Shown piece by piece: positions 47,278 through 59,220 of a stretch of DNA of 64,000 bases (the first letter of the stretch is position 1; each line of letters starts with the position of its first letter). The DNA lies in the NCBI RefSeq assembly GCF_964213995.1, contig NC_135830.1:8060001-8124000 (forward strand). The letters are read 5' to 3'. Made by a program: the position numbers and the translations under genes. Below the pieces are notes generated by a model. That model was not told the DNA's origin. It made no database searches and saw only the letters and a list, made by a program, of their open reading frames with translations. Source of the stretch: Mustelus asterias. Taxonomy: Eukaryota.

Positions 47278-49668
47278 AGAACAAAGAAAGTTACAGCACA
47301 GGGACAGGCCCTTTAGCCCTCCAAGCCTGCTGCCGGACTAAATTAAAACCCCCTACCCTTCCGGGGACCATTTCCCTCTATTCCCATCCTATTCATGTAT
47401 TTGTCAAGATGTCCCTTAAAAGTCACTACCGTATCCGCTTCCACTACCCCCCAGGCAACGAGTTCCAGGAACCCACTGCTCTCTGTGTAAAAAATCTGCC
47501 TCGTACATCTCCTTTAAACCTTGCCCCTCACACCTTAAACCTGTGTCCCCTAGTAATTGACGCTTCCACCCTGGGAAACAGCTTCTGACTATCCACTCTG
47601 TCCATGCCTCTCATAATCTTGTAGACTTCTATCAGGTCGCCCCCTCAACCTCCCTCATTCCAGTGAGAACAAACCAAGTTTCTCCAACCTCTCCGCATAG
47701 CTAATGCCCTCCATACCAGGCAACATCCGGGTAAATATTTTCTGTACCCTCTCCAAAGCCTCCACATCCTTCTGGTAGTGTGGCGACCAGAATTGAACAC
47801 TATATTCCAAGTGTGGCCTAACTAAGCTTCTCTAAAGCTGCAACATGACTTGCCAATTTTTAAACTCAATACCCCAGCCAATGAAGGAAAGCATGCCGTA
47901 TGTCTTCTTGACTACCTTCTCCGCCTGCATTGCCACTTTCAGTGACTGTGTACCTGTACACCCAGATCCCTTTGCCGACCAATACTCCTAAGGGTTTTGC
48001 CATTTACTGTATATTTCCTATCTGTATTAGACCTTCCAAAATGCATTACCTCACATTTGTCCAGATTAAACTCCATCTGCCATCACTCCGCCCAAGACTC
48101 CAACCAATCTATATCCTGCTGTATCCTCTGATGGTCCTCATCACTATCCGCAAATCCACCAACCTTTGTGTCGTCCGCAAACTTCCTAATCAAACCAGTT
48201 ACATTTTCCTCCAAATCATTTATATATATATATAACAAACAACAAGGTCCCAGCACTGATCCCTGAGGAACGCCACTTGTCACAGCCCTCCATTCAGAAA
48301 CGCACCCTTCCACTGCTACCCTCTGTCTTCTTTGACCGAGCCAGTTCTGTATCCACCTTGCCAACTCACCTCTGATCCCATGCGACTTCTCCTTCTGCAC
48401 CAGTCTACCATGAGGGACCTTGTCTAAGTCCATGTGGACAACATCCACTGCTCTACCCTTATCAATCATCTTCGTCACTTCCTCGAAAAACTCGACCAAG
48501 TCCGTGAGACACGACCTCCCCTTCACAAAACCATGTTGCCTCTCACTAATACATCCACTTATTTCCAAGTGGGAATAAATCCTGTCTCGAAGAATTCTCT
48601 CCAATAATTTCCCTATCACTGATGTAAGGCTCACCAGCCTGTAATTACCTGGATTATTCTTGCTACCCTTCTTAAACAAAGGAACAACATTGGCTATTCT
48701 CCAATCCTCTGGGACCTCCCCTGTATGATGTGGAGATGCCGGCGTTGGACTGGGGTAAACACAGTAAGAAGTTTAACAACACCAGGTTCCTCTGGCTCCA
48801 CACATAGATTCCCTCCCCTATCCTTGAGTGGGCCGACCCTCTCCCTGGCTACCCTCTTGTTCTTTATATATGTATAAAAAGCCTTGGGATTTTCCTTAAT
48901 CCCGCTGGCCAATGATTTTTCGTGACCACTCTTAGCCCTCCTTACTCCTTGCTTAAGTTTCTTTCTACTTTCCTTGTATTCCACACTTGCTTCGTGTGTT
49001 CCTCCCCTGTAGCCAGTGAGGATACAAAGATCTCTCTCAAGACCCCAGCAATTTCCTCCCTTGCCTCTCTCAGTATTCTGGGGTATATCCCATCAGGCCC
49101 TGGGGACTTGTCTACCTTAATGTTTCTCAAGAACCCCAATACCACCTCCTTTTTGATCTCAACATGACTCAAACTATCTACACATCCTTTCCCAGACTCA
49201 TCCACCACCAAATCCTCTTTGGTGAATTCTGACGCAAAGTACTCATTTAATATCTCCCCATTTCCTCTGGCTCCGCGCATAGATTCCCTCCCTTGTCCTG
49301 GAGTGGGCCAACCCTCTCCCTGGCTACCCTCTTGCTCTTTATATATGTATAAAAAGCCTTGGGATTTTCCTTAATCCTGCTGGCCAATGCTTTATCGTGA
49401 CCCCTTTTAGCCCTCCATTCTCCTTGCTTAAGTTTCTTTCTACTTTCCTTGTATTCCACACTTGCTTCGTGTGTTCCCAGCCTCCTCGCTTTGACAAATG
49501 TTTCGTTTTTCTCTTTGACGAGGCTCACAATATCTCTCATTATCCAAGGTTCCCAAAACTTGCCATACTTATCCTTCACCCTTACAGGAATGTGCCGGTC
49601 CTATCAGCTTACAGTTGAAAGCCTCCCACATGCCAGATGTTGATTTGCCCTCAAACATCTGCCCCATC
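47278..49668 (-). mobile_element. Degraded CR1 LINE with internal chimeric insertion
   Basis: ORFs 48083..48679, 48942..49280 and 49247..49579 carry CR1 motifs. An insert at 48726-49000 is bounded by cctcccctgta repeats. Confidence 0.9.
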
Positions 49669-50424
49669 TGGTAGCTATTTATTAGCAACCAGACATTAAC
49701 AGACGAGAAATTAATGAGCCTTAATTGAGTTATAGTTAATCAATGAATCAGTCGTCATAGTAAAAGATTGAGTTTTATTTGCTGTAAAAGTTTAATTGCT
49801 GTGGATGTAAAGAATGTGCAATGAGGATAAATGTACTGGCGAGAGAGACCTTCAAGCTCTGATTAGCCTCAACATTTGAAACTGTGAGAATAAGGGATTG
49901 TATCGAATCAGATAAAGGGATAGTATGAACCAGTTCTCTTGTATTCCTGTCTAAGATAATGAGAGAAGGTGGTGTCAGTAATTGAGGATCCAGTTAAATT
50001 AATCTAGTGGTCAAATTGACCAATTGTCATGATACAACAGGCCCAAATCTGACGTGAGGTAATCGTCACTTTGTGGATAAAAGTAGAGGTTCTGAAGGTC
50101 TTCCTTGGGAGCCAAATACTGAAAACTCCCGAGGCTGAGTTCCAAGGAAATTACTGTCAGAGAAGGAACCAGACTCCCAAGGCTGAATTCCACATGAATT
50201 CCTGTGAAAGAAGGAGCCAGAGAGGGTTATGCTTCTACGGACCGATCACCTGCATGAAGTTGTAAAAGTCAATATCTTAAAGTTGTTGAGTAAAACTTTT
50301 TCATTCAGGAAACTTCTTTTTAAATTTCCTATCCAGAGAATTCTGCCTTTACCACAAAAAGGGCAGGGAACAGGCTACAGATGAATTAAAGAGAAACCAT
50401 TTGTGTCCAGAACATTGTGAATAT

Positions 50425-51160
50425 CAAAGAACAACAAAGAACAAAGAACAATACAGCACAGGAACAGGCCCTTCGGCCCTCCAAGCCCGCGCCGCTCCCC
50501 GGTCCAGGATTGAATCCTGAATCCAGGATCCCCGCCCAATTTTCCAGCCTATCTACATACCAATATCCTATCCACCGAGCTGTCCCTCACAGCTACGATG
50601 CTTTGTTCATTACAACCTATTAACTCACCCCCACCCCCCCATTCCAGACAATGTGATCTCCAGGGAGAGGCGAAAACCCAGAGTGAAAAACCCCAGGGCC
50701 AATATGGGGAAAAAAATCTGGGAAATTCCTCTCCGACCCCCTGAGGCGATCGAAACGAGTCCAGGAGATCACAATGGCCCTGATCGGGAAATGCTTCCCA
50801 ACCCTAGTCATTTCCACTTCCACGAACACCATATGAATTCCCTGCCCCCGAGACAGGTTCCCAACTATCCGCAGTCTCGCTCTGTACTGGCACCAGCAAG
50901 ATAATCATAGAATGAAGCCTTGAAACGAGAAACAAGGAACAATTAGCCCGCGCCGCTCCCTGGTCCAGACTAGACCACTCTTTTGTATCCCTCCATTCCC
51001 ACTCCGTTCATATAGCTGTCTAGATAAGTCTTAAACGTTCCCAGTGTGTCCGCCTCCACCACCTTGCCCGGCAACACATTTCAGGCCCCCACGACCCTCT
51101 GTGTGAAATATGTCCTTCTGATATCTGTGTTAAACCTCCCCCCCTTCACCTTGAACCTAT
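50425..51160 (-). mobile_element. CR1 3' end with long 3'UTR
   Basis: (TTCTTTG)n tail; reverse complement FTQRVVGA*NVLPGKVVEADT; internal ~24-bp direct repeat agcccgcgccgctccc(c/t)ggtccag. Confidence 0.75.
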
Positions 51161-52833
51161 CCTTTTACTCTGGTTGTCTTTGATGCTCAAGTCATTTTCT
51201 GATTGTTTTAACCATGTTCTGTTTCATTAATAAACTTTGATCAGTAAAATATTTGATTGTTCTGGACTTTTCCTGATGAGATTGATGCACTTTAGGGAAA
51301 GTGGGTGAGAGGGGTTGGCAGGCTCTTTAACAGAAAGTGAGTCCCTCTAAGGTAATTGGCAAAGGAGCCAGAGGGGGAGATGAGATTTTATTTTATATTT
51401 TTGACACAGCGAGTTGTTCTGATCTGCCTGAAAACAGATTCAATAGAATCTTTCCAAAGGTTAAAGACTTGAAAGGGAAGAATTTGCAGGGCTGTGGGGA
51501 CAGATCAGAGTGGTAGGATGAATCAGACAGTCCTTTCAAAGAGATAGCAGGGGCACGATGGGCTGAATGGACTCTTCCTGCAGCCTGTCAATCTCAGCCT
51601 CCTGCTTTTGTGCAGGTTAAAAGGGACAGATTTCATTGCAGCCTCTTCCCTGTATCTGTATTTAAAGAGACAGGTTTCTCTTTAGCTCTGAGTGACTGAT
51701 ATAACAATTGGTTGGAGGCCCATTTCCCAGTCAGTCCTCCAGCACCTTCCTGTCTCTCTATTAGTGCGACGCCCAGGGCAGTTTCCCAACTGGGGCGCAG
51801 GCCCCATTATTCTCAGCTAAGTTCAGCCCTCAGCTCCGTCGCCTGGCTGTCATTGACACGAGCAATAGAGAGACAGAAAGGTGCCCCAGGCTCAAATGGG
51901 AAATCAAAACTCGGGGCTTTAAATGAACTGTTAGGATCTCTGTAACGATCAACAATTTAAAAAAAAGAATTCTAAGCCCAGTGAGTAAATTAAAGAATCA
52001 CACGACAAAACTTCAAGTTTCTGGCGTTTATTCCAACAAACTGGAAGCAACAATGACTAAACACTTTTTTGAAGGGAACATTGCTCTTAAACTTAAAATT
52101 AAACTTTGCCCTTTTACTCTTAACACCATCAAATATCCCACTCAACCGTTATATTTTATTCTGCCTTGGAATGTTCACACTCTTTCTCCAAAAACCAGTC
52201 CAAAGTGATTCTTTCCTCCCCAAGGGTTTATTTCCATTGTTTTCCTTTTCCAGTCTGGCAACCTTTAATCCCAGAACTGTCCTTCACAGTGATGGTTCTC
52301 CTGGACATTTTCCCACTAACACAAGCAAGGCGAATCTTCCAGCCTTGTTTCACAATCCTCAGGAATTTGTGACCAACATTCAACACCGGAGCAGATGTAG
52401 GTCATTTGGCCCTTTGAGTCGGCTCCACCGTTTATTTAGGTCATGGTTGATCTGTTTGTGTGGAGTTCCACATTCTCGTTCTAGACCCAATACTTTTGAT
52501 TCTCTTACCCAACAAGAATTGGGATAAAGGCAAAATTCTGCTGTTGTTGGAATCTGAAACAAAAACAGAAAATGCTGGACAATCTCAGCAAGTCTGACAG
52601 CATCTGCAGAGAGAGAATAGACACAGCATTTTGAGTCAGGATGACCCTTTGTCAGAACTGAAGACAAGGAAAATCGGACATAATTTATACTGTGAGGGTC
52701 AAGAATTGGGAAGCAATCTATTAAACCTCCTCTGAACCACTTTCAATGCATTTGTATCATTTCTTAAATAGGAGACAAAGCTGCACCCAGTATTCAAGAT
52801 GCAGTCTCCGTAATGCCCTGTATAACTGAAGCA

Positions 52834-53383
52834 TAGTAAGAAGTTAAATGGGATTATATTCATTGGAGTTTAGGAGGTTGAGGGGAGATCTGATAGAGAC
52901 TTACAAGATAATGAACGGCTTAGATAGGATGGACGTAGGGAAGTTGTTTCCATTAGCAGGGGAGACTAGGACGCGGGGGCACAGCCTTAGAATAAAAGGG
53001 AGTCACTTTAGAACAGAGATGAGGAGAAATTTCTTCAGCCAGAGAGTGGTAGGTCTGTGGAATTCATTGCCACAGAGGGCTGTGGAGGCCGAGACGTTGA
53101 GCGTCTTCAAGACAGAAATTGATAAATTCTTGATTTCTCGAGGAATTAAGGGCTATGGGGAGAGAGCGGGTAAGTGGAGTTGAAATCAACCATGATTGAA
53201 TGGTGGAGTGGACTCGATGGGCCGAATGGCCTTACTTCCGCTCCTATGTCTTATGGTCTTAAACAACACAGGTTAAAGTCCAACAGGTTTATCTGGTAGC
53301 AAATAAACCTGTTGGACTTTAACCTGGTGTTGTTAAACTTCTTACTGTGTTTACCCCAGTCCAACGTCGGCATCTCCACATCA
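52834..53383. mobile_element. PLE-derived palindromic mini-element (split by CR1)
   Basis: ggttaaagtccaacaggtttat...ataaacctgttggactttaacc inverted repeat. The flanking ataact(g/a)aagca duplication looks like a TSD. Confidence 0.7.
52848..53261 (+). mobile_element. Young CR1 3' end (same family as 14296 and 29902) inserted in a PLE mini-element
   Basis: ORF 52848..53183 is essentially identical to the C-terminus of the other two copies. It is flanked by agtaagaagtt and aacaacacaggttaaagtcc. Confidence 0.93.
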
Positions 53384-55157
53384 TAACTAAAGCAGAACAT
53401 CTTTACTCCTGTGTTCAATTTCTCTCATAATAAAGGATAACATTCCATTTGTAAGAACTTTGATTTATTTGAACTAAGATTTATGGGGGTTCTCTTGTTT
53501 ACAATAACTCCATAACTGTAAATCACACCAGGTTCCAGTGACTTAACCAAATGGCAAGAAAGAACACTTTAAATCGTGAATTCAGAAAGTTTATTAATCA
53601 TTAAAAATGTAACAAGTCAGAAAGATAAAACAGAGTGTTGATTAACAGTGAATAGAGAAAGAATAGAAAAATGTTGAAAGCCCATCTTAGCCAATTCCCA
53701 TAAATCTTCAATTATAAACTAAAATAGACATGAGTTTTCAGATGATTTGAAAAGAAATGAATTGTCTGCTGAAAGGGTTAACTTTTCTACAGAACCTAAA
53801 GGGATGGGGAGTGAGCAGAAAAAAATTGGCACACAATAATACCACTTTACACAAGTAAAAAAATCAAAACAAACTAGATTGTAAACTTCAGCTCTTCATT
53901 TTTTTGTTATATTCCATAACCTAATTATTTTAATTTGATCAGTTTTTTTAGGGATGGATAACTTCTGTTCTTTATAAACTGCTTCACTCATTTTGTTGAT
54001 TCTACATGGGCTCGGAGAATCAGAACCCAGACTTTATCATCCTTATCCTTTTTCCCCTTTTGCCACCACTCCCTCTGTTTTGCAGGAAGGTCGTAGGGAT
54101 TCCAATCAGAACTAATCATTTTATCATAAAAGTTAAATACTGCGGATGCTGGAATCTGAAACAACAACAGAAAATGCTGGAAAATCTCAGCAGGTCTGAC
54201 AGTATCTGTGGAGACAGAATAGAGTCAATGTTTAAAGTATGGATGACCCTTCATAAGAGCGGTTATGAAGTGTCTTCCAGACTCGAAATGTTGGCTGTAT
54301 TCTCTAATAATTTTATCGATACGTTTCTTGTTCTTAGTTTCCAATTAGCAGGTAAGAGACCTATCCAGTCCTCACTCGAGCTCTGATTTTTTCACTGGCC
54401 ATGCTTGAGTCAGTTTATAACCATTAGAATCTACTCAGAGGTCTGCTTTTCAGTCCAGTGCTATTTGGAGTATACCGTTACTTCACCGACTAACGGGTCA
54501 CAAGTCCCTCAAAGTTCTTATCACAAATTTGGGATAAAATAATTTAAACAATGCCTGAGAATGCTTTTTAACTTCTTAACCAACTATCTCCCACTGTTTG
54601 TTGATTGGTCAGACCTTCTCTTCACAGATTCGGGTATCTCAGCCACTGAACACCAGCCGGTCCTGGAATAAGTTTAATTCTAACTCATTCTGAGTAAATA
54701 TTCTCACCAGGTCCTCTGTTGGGCACTAAGCAGCTTTAATGGTCCGTGATTGCAGAAACTGAGCAGTCACAGGAATGTGGTCAAGATAGTCCAGTCCCAT
54801 AATGCCTCACATTCAATCTGCAGTCCTTCAATTATAACAGAATATGTGGCTGTATGTAGCTGCCTCGGCCATGGTCAACCCCAACACTGCCTTCCTGAAC
54901 TGTTACAATGCCTGAGGTGTAAGTAAGCCGACAGTGCTGTTAGGGAGGGATTTCCAGCTACATATTCCAGACTTTCACTGGACTGTAGATGGATACCAGA
55001 TTGACATATTCCATTCAACCACTCCCAAGGTGAGTTATTCCAATTCCTTTATTGTCCAGGACAATATATTCACAATATCATTAAAACAGGAATTAAACAT
55101 TCCCATTTGGTTTCAGGTTCTAACATATTCTGTTAGTTTGTTCTTTATTGTCAATGT

Positions 55158-55452
55158 CAGGCTGGGGTTGTTTCCCTTGGAGCAAAGGAGGTTGAGGGGA
55201 GATTTGATAGAGGTGGACAAGATTCTGACAGGTTTAGATAAGGTGGACAAAGAAAAGCTGTTCCCATTAGCTGATGGGACAAGGACAAGGGGGACACAGA
55301 TTTAAAGTTTCAGGTGAGAGATGTAGGGAGGGATGTGAGGAAGAAAATGTTGATGCAGCGAATGGTAATGACCTGGAACTCGCTGCCTATGAGGGTGGAG
55401 GAAGTGGAGACAATAAACAATTACAAAGGAAATTGGATGGGCATCTGGGGGA
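55158..55452 (+). mobile_element. Old CR1 3' fragment
   Basis: LGLFPLEQRRLRGDLIEVDKILTGLDKVD. Confidence 0.75.
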
Positions 55453-55711
55453 GTTTCAAACAGAAATGCTGACTAAATATCTCTGAATTTCCTCACACCC
55501 GGTCACTCTGTGATCCGTGTGAAATTTGAAACCAGGTATTCACAACAAGACTCAAAGAGCATCAGCCCACTGGAGGCAAAGTTGTGAGACCGGCCAGTCC
55601 AGCAGAAAGAAACCCTCTGACCCTCCCCATTGACCAACTGTGAGAATGAACAAAATGCAGTCCTGGATGTAACTGAGAGCAGAAACAATAACAGCAGAAT
55701 CCCACCCCTGT

Positions 55712-57050
55712 GAACTTGTTGGTGCCTCAGCAGCTGTGATGAAATTCTGAACACTTTTTATACACTGAGCAGGTGGACAGTTTCTCCCCAGTGTAACTTC
55801 ACTGATGTCTCAACAGGTGGGATAACTGAGTGAATTCCTTCCCACACTGAGAGCAGGTGAATGGTCTCTCTCCATGTGAATTCGCTGGTGTCTCTGCAGG
55901 TTGGATAACTGACTGAAACCCTTCCCACACTGAGAGCAAGTAAATGGCCTCTCCCCAGTATGAACTCGCTGGTGTCTCCGCAGGTGGGATGACTGAGTGA
56001 ATCTCTTCCCACACTGAGAGCAGGTGAACGGCCTCTCTCCAGTGTGAACTCGCTGGTGTTTCTGCTGGGTGGATAACTGACTGAAACCCTTCCCACACTG
56101 AGAGCAGGTAAATGGTCTCTCCCCAGTGTGAACTCGCTGGTGTGTCTGCAGGTCGGATGACCGAGTGAATCTTTTCCCACACTGAGAGCAGGTGAATGGC
56201 CTCTCCCCAGTGTGAATTCGCTGGTGTGTCCGCAGGTCGGATGACCGAGTGAATCCCTTCCCACACTGAGAGCAGGTGAATGGCCTCTCCCCGGTGTGAA
56301 CTCGCTGATGTGTCCGCAGGTCGGATGACCGAGTGAATCTCTTCCCACACTGAGAGCAGGCGAATGGCCTCTCCCCAGTATGAATTCACATGTGTGTCCA
56401 TAGATTGGATAACTGGTTGAATTCCTTCCTACACCGAGAGCAGGTGAACGGCCTCTCCCCAGTGTGAATTCGCTGGTGTCTCTGCAAAGTGGATAACACA
56501 GTGAATCCCTTTCCACACTGAGAGCAGGTGAACGGTCTCTCTCCGGTGTGAACTCGCTTGTGTGACTGCAGGCTGGGCAACAGAGCAAATCCCTCCCCAC
56601 ACTGAGAGCAGATGAATGGCCTCTCCCCAGTGTGGCTGCGCCGATGAGCATCCAGCAGAGAGGGGGCTCTGTATCTCTTCCCACAGTCTGCACATTTCCA
56701 TGGTTTCTCCATGGTGCAGGTGTCCTTGCCTCTCCCTTGGGTGGCCAATCAGTTGAAGCCTTGTCCACACACAGAACACGGGTACCGTCTCTCCCTGCTG
56801 TGAATGGTGTGATATTTATTCAGGCTGTGTAACTGGTTAAAGCTCTTTATGTGGAGATGCCGGCGTTGGACTGGGGTAAACACAGTGGCTTTTGCCACCA
56901 AATAAACCTGTTGGACTTTAACCTGGTGTTGTGAGACTTCTTACTAAAGCTCTTTAGTCAGTGCACTGGAACACTCTCACTCGGGTGTGGCAGTGTGTTG
57001 CTGCTTTTCCACTCACTGATGGCCGAAGTCTTTTCAAATCCAAGTGGAAG
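55712..57050 (-). pseudogene. Tandem C2H2 zinc-finger gene, disrupted
   Basis: [14 protein letters not shown]...HTGERPF repeats. In-frame TGA at 56386-56388, a later frameshift, and a PLE mini-element at 56850-56944 inside the exon. Confidence 0.88.
56850..56944. mobile_element. 95-bp PLE-derived mini-element with 12-bp TSD
   Basis: TSD taaagctcttta at 56838-56849 and 56945-56956; the body is made of PLE terminal sequences. Confidence 0.85.
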
Positions 57051-57059
57051 GTTCAATCT

Positions 57060-57545
57060 GAAGCTCAGTGGCCAACTTCCGCATTGAGACGTCACAATGG
57101 AGCGCTGCCTGAATCAGCCAATAGGAATTACTCGGCTCCGCAGTGACGTGTCGGGGTTCCATGGCGCAGGCCCGGCTCGCGGACCCGGGAGCCCCGCCCC
57201 CGCCCATTGTTCCTCCTCCACCTGCACCTCCTCCATTCACGGTTTCCAGGCAACCGGCTGGCGGCTCCGGCCAGAGCGAGAAGCCGCTCGGTGATCTCCC
57301 CCTCTCCCCTCTCTGCGGCTGCTGCTCCAAAAAGAGAGCGGGAGCGACCGCTGGCGGCAGCCGCAGTGCGCCTGCTCCGGACCGCTCGGCTCAGCAGCGC
57401 TCTCTGCGCCTGCTCCGGACAGCTCGGCTCAGCAGCGCTCTCTGCGCCTGCTCCGGACAGCTCGGCTCAGCAGCGCTCTCTGCGCCTGCTCCGGACAGCT
57501 CGGCTCAGCAGCGCTCTCTGCGCCTGCGTGCTGGGCTGCCAGCTG
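57060..57545. promoter_or_regulatory. CpG-rich candidate (bidirectional) promoter between divergent ZNF genes
   Basis: High GC and CpG content; CRE-like gacgtca (~57088) and tgacgtg (~57143); CCAAT (57118); GC boxes ccccgcccccgccc; NRF1-like TGCGCCTGC. Confidence 0.6.
57368..57527. repeat. 38-bp GC-rich minisatellite, 4.2 copies
   Basis: gcgcctgctccggacagctcggctcagcagcgctctct starts at 57368, 57406, 57444, 57482 and 57520 (partial). Confidence 0.95.
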
Positions 57546-57639
57546 AGGGAGTGGGGGAGGGGACTTTGCAAAATCTGTTCCCATCATTTTCTTCCAAGTC
57601 TCGCAGTTTGATTTGAAACAGAACAGCTTCTGTTTGTAG

Positions 57640-57773
57640 CTTCACCACAGACTCCAACTTCACCACAGACTCAAACTTCACACACAGACTCAAACTTCAC
57701 ACACAGACTCAAACTTCACCACAGACTCAAACTTCACCACAGACTCAAACTTCACCACAGACTCAAACTTCAT
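57640..57773. repeat. 18-19-bp minisatellite, ~7 copies
   Basis: (cttcac(a)cacagactcaaa)n. Confidence 0.93.
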
Positions 57774-58116
57774 CCTCTGGACAACATCTGTGAGGAAAAC
57801 ACTTTCTTTCTCCCCCTGGGAAATACAGAGACAGAGAAATTCTCTGGAACTGGAATTAGAGCCAATATACTGAGGGGGAAACTGTGATTTTGTGGAACCT
57901 GTTTTTATTGTCTGAGCTTTTTAAAGTGTAATTTATCCTGTCTGTTCAAATAATGTTTCTAAATGCATGATTCAGTGATGTTAATTTTAGATTAATTTTT
58001 AAAATGAAACATTGTCTTTCAGTTTATTCCATTGGGATTTGTGGGAATTTGTTTATTATAAGGTGACCATGAGGATCGTAATAACATTGATATGTCTGGT
58101 GTTATATGGTGCATAT

Positions 58117-58316
58117 GATGTGGAGGTGCCGGTGTTGGACTGGGGTGGGCACAGTAAGAAGTCTCACAACACCTGGTTAAAGTCCAAATGGTTTATTTGG
58201 AATCACGAGCTTTCAAAGCGCTGCTCCTTCTCACCTGATGAAGGGGCAGTGCTCTGAAAGCTTGTGATTCCAAATAAACCTGTTGGACTTTAACCTGGTG
58301 TTGTGAGACTTCTTAC
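58117..58316. mobile_element. 200-bp PLE-derived foldback mini-element with hammerhead motif and 14-bp TSD
   Basis: TSD tatatggtgcatat at 58103-58116 and 58317-58330; inverted arms; HHR motif UCAC-CUGAUGA-AGGGGCAGUGCUCU-GAAA-GCUU-GUGA at 58231-58267. Confidence 0.85.
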
Positions 58317-58661
58317 TATATGGTGCATATTAGGTATATTATTTATGGATTTGTATTACAGTTGATGTTGTTTAATTCCAGAATAGTATTGTAACTACAC
58401 TGTATATTTTCCAGTCAAAGAGTCAGCAGAGCACAAGATAAATCAATTCAGCAGCTTGAGTCCGTGCCAAGTCTCTGTCGGGGAATCCACTCAGTGCCAT
58501 TTTTCCTCGATATCCCTGTTCCCCAGTACGTTTCATTCCTTCAAGTGCCCGACCAATTTTATTTTGAAATCACTGGTCGTCTCCACTTCCACCACTCTCA
58601 TCATCAGTGAGTTCCAGAACATGATTGCTTGCCCCCTCAGTCAAGTTCTTCCGCACCCATC

Positions 58662-58860
58662 TATCATAGAATCATAGAAACCCTACAGTACAGAAAGAGG
58701 CCATTCGGCCCATCGAGTCTGCACCGACCACAATCCCACCCAGGCTCTACCCCCATATCCCTACATATTTTACCCACTAATCCCTCTAATCTATGCATCC
58801 CAGGACACTAAGGGGCAATTTTAACATGGCCAATCAACCTAACCCGCACATCTTTGGACT
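58662..58860 (-). mobile_element. tRNA-derived SINE 3' part
   Basis: atcatagaatcatagaaaccctacagtacagaaagaggccattcggcccatcgag, near-identical to 63719-63910. Confidence 0.8.
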
Positions 58861-59220
58861 TTAATCTCTAATCATGTATCTCTAATCATGTAATAGAGTT
58901 CTGAATATTGCATACATTTTTAGTACACTAAATATGCAAATTTTTTATATGCTTAGACACAAGCCTGTGTGAAGATTTCAGGAATATGTGTCCTGTACAT
59001 GAAACAGTCGGCACGGATCTGTCGATTAGGATGAATCAGCACCCTCAGGACAATGTCTATTTCAGGTCCAGCAAAGTGAGAATGGAGGGAGAGTGTTTGG
59101 GATAAAGGTTTACAAATTTTCAAGAATGAGAGGAAAGAATGTTCCACAGAAACTAGAATTGTCTGTTCTGAGTTTTTATCCTGTACTGACAGCAATGATT
59201 TTTGTGAATTTCTTTCACAG

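Noticed and set aside
49670-50415. Possible ERV/LTR-like sequence (also 53450-53760 and 61420-62480)
   Set aside because: No paired LTRs, PBS or coding motifs could be verified by eye.
55758-56768. 336-aa and 200-aa repetitive ORFs ([11 protein letters not shown]..., [12 protein letters not shown]...)
   Set aside because: These are alternative reading frames of the C2H2 zinc-finger repeats.
57368-57773. CRISPR-like repeat arrays
   Set aside because: The repeats are head-to-tail with no unique spacers, the context is eukaryotic, and there are no cas genes.
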